NCBI RefSeq assembly: GCF_051962185.1
Contig: NZ_JBQCCN010000131.1
Location: 2,407 to 66,406, forward strand
Reading direction: 5' to 3'
Length of the DNA: 64,000 nucleotides
Source: Sphingomonas sp.
Lineage (GTDB): Bacteria; Pseudomonadota; Alphaproteobacteria; Sphingomonadales; Sphingomonadaceae
Below, piece by piece: positions 62,832 through 64,000 of the stretch. The translations under genes and the position numbers were made by a program. Each line of letters opens with the position of its first letter. Position 1 is the first letter of the stretch. Below the pieces are notes generated by a model. It worked only from the letters and a program-made list of their open reading frames with translations. It made no database searches and was not told where the DNA came from.

Positions 62832-62862
62832 TTAAAAAAAGGGCGTCCGTTGCCGGACGCCC
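62832..62862 (-). terminator. Rho-independent terminator after the TonB receptor gene
   Basis: GGGCGTCCG-GCAA-CGGACGCCC followed by 7 T on the minus strand. Confidence 0.88.
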
Positions 62863-62884
62863 CGTCGCGCGAGCGTTCTCGCGT

Positions 62885-64000
62885 TTAGAATTTCACTTCG
62901 GCCGTCATCGTGAAGGAGCGGCCGCGCGGATCGGCGACGCGCGGTTCCCACGAACTGCCCGAACCGGTGTTCGAATCGTAGGTGATCGCGAACGGCGGGT
63001 CGGTGTTGAAGATGTTCTTGACCCCGGCGGTCAGCGTCAGGCGGTTGGTGAACCGCTGCGACACAGAGGCATTGTAGATGATGTAGGGCTTCACCCGCGG
63101 GTTGAAATCCGGTCGCGTCGCGCTGCCGGGCAAGGCCTGGTTTTGATAGCCGTCGCGATAGATTTGCGAGAAGGTCAGCGCGAAACCGTCCTTCGAATAG
63201 CTGATGAAGGCGTTGTGCTTCCATTTCAGGCCGAGATCGCCGGACAGGCTGAACACGCCGAGCAGGTCGGTGTATTTCAAATTGGGAAGCAGCTTTTCCT
63301 TCTTCTCGAGCAACAGCGTCCCGTCGAACCCGGCCGCGATGACGCCACCCAAGGCATCGAAGCTGCCGCGCGCCGAGAAGTCGATGCCGCGCGTGCGGCG
63401 CGACCCGAAATTGCCTGTGCGCAAGTCGACCAGGGTGATGATCCCGTTGGTTCGCTCGATGCGATCGGGGAAGGCGTTGATGTTGGCGAGCAGTTGCGGG
63501 ATCGTGATCGTGCCGATGACATTGTCGACCGAGATCGACCAGTAATCGGCCGAGAAGGTGAGACGACGCGTCGGCTGGAGGACGGCGCCGAAGCTATATT
63601 CCTTCGACGTCTCCGGCCCGAGGTTGCGATTGCCGCCGCTGAGCGAGTCCGGCGTGATCGGGGCGCAGGCGGGCTGCGGCCCCGCGGTCGTCCCCTGCGG
63701 GCAGAGCGTGGGATCGACCAGCGTGTTGCCCGGATTGGGCGATTGCGTCACGCCGTTGAAGATCTGGTTGAACGACGGGACGCGGAAGCCGGTATTGTAC
63801 GACCCGCGCAGCATGAACCAGTCGACCGGCTGGAATTTGGCGGTGAACTTCGGATTGAAGGTCGAGCCGAAGCCGGTGTAATCGTCGACGCGGCCGGCGA
63901 CCGAGATTTCCAGCGGCTTGAACACCGGGAACAGGATTTCGCCATAGGCCGCCTTGACGTCGCGGTGGACCTTGCTCAGCGCATTGACGTTGTCGAAGGC
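62885..64000 (-). CDS. TonB-dependent receptor, C-terminal part (5' end outside window)
   Basis: LRGSYNTGFRVPS, GNRNLGPETS, GVKNIFNTDPP, GRSF...KF. Confidence 0.92.
   Translation of the reverse strand, partial: AFDNVNALSKVHRDVKAAYGEILFPVFKPLEISVAGRVDDYTGFGSTFNPKFTAKFQPVDWFMLRGSYNTGFRVPSFNQIFNGVTQSPNPGNTLVDPTLCPQGTTAGPQPACAPITPDSLSGGNRNLGPETSKEYSFGAVLQPTRRLTFSADYWSISVDNVIGTITIPQLLANINAFPDRIERTNGIITLVDLRTGNFGSRRTRGIDFSARGSFDALGGVIAAGFDGTLLLEKKEKLLPNLKYTDLLGVFSLSGDLGLKWKHNAFISYSKDGFALTFSQIYRDGYQNQALPGSATRPDFNPRVKPYIIYNASVSQRFTNRLTLTAGVKNIFNTDPPFAITYDSNTGSGSSWEPRVADPRGRSFTMTAEVKF

Overview
GC-rich alphaproteobacterial chromosome segment, most consistent with a sphingomonad (inferred from gene order and content). 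It is densely coding; I saw no rRNA, tRNA, CRISPR array, transposase or integrase. Left to right: a KaiC-like ATPase with a coupled hybrid histidine kinase, a ClC-CBS channel, and a minus-strand operon (single-domain response regulator, TPR/YaiO outer-membrane barrel, HEAT-repeat membrane protein, processive GT2 synthase, GAF-PAS-HK-REC-Hpt kinase). Then PadR/YdeI genes, lysC, ubiG, a four-gene glycolipid-type glycosyltransferase cluster, maiA-AI2E-lepB-acpS-pdxJ, the aa3 cytochrome c oxidase operon through thrC, ccmAB, an osmoprotectant ABC transporter, two TonB-dependent receptors, paoAB without paoC, an MBOAT/SGNH O-acylation operon, DJ-1 and M13 enzymes, a Phd-like/PAS/PAS fusion, and orphan PilZ-tadG-tadE genes. 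Two observations stand out. (1) All four palindromic repeats lying between co-directional genes are spanned by a short 'relay' ORF whose start overlaps the upstream stop and whose stop overlaps the downstream start. (2) The REC-YaiO-HEAT-GT2-HK operon looks like a phosphorelay-controlled polysaccharide synthase/secretion system with no c-di-GMP receptor domain. All family calls come from reading motifs by eye; no searches were run, and many start codons are best guesses.
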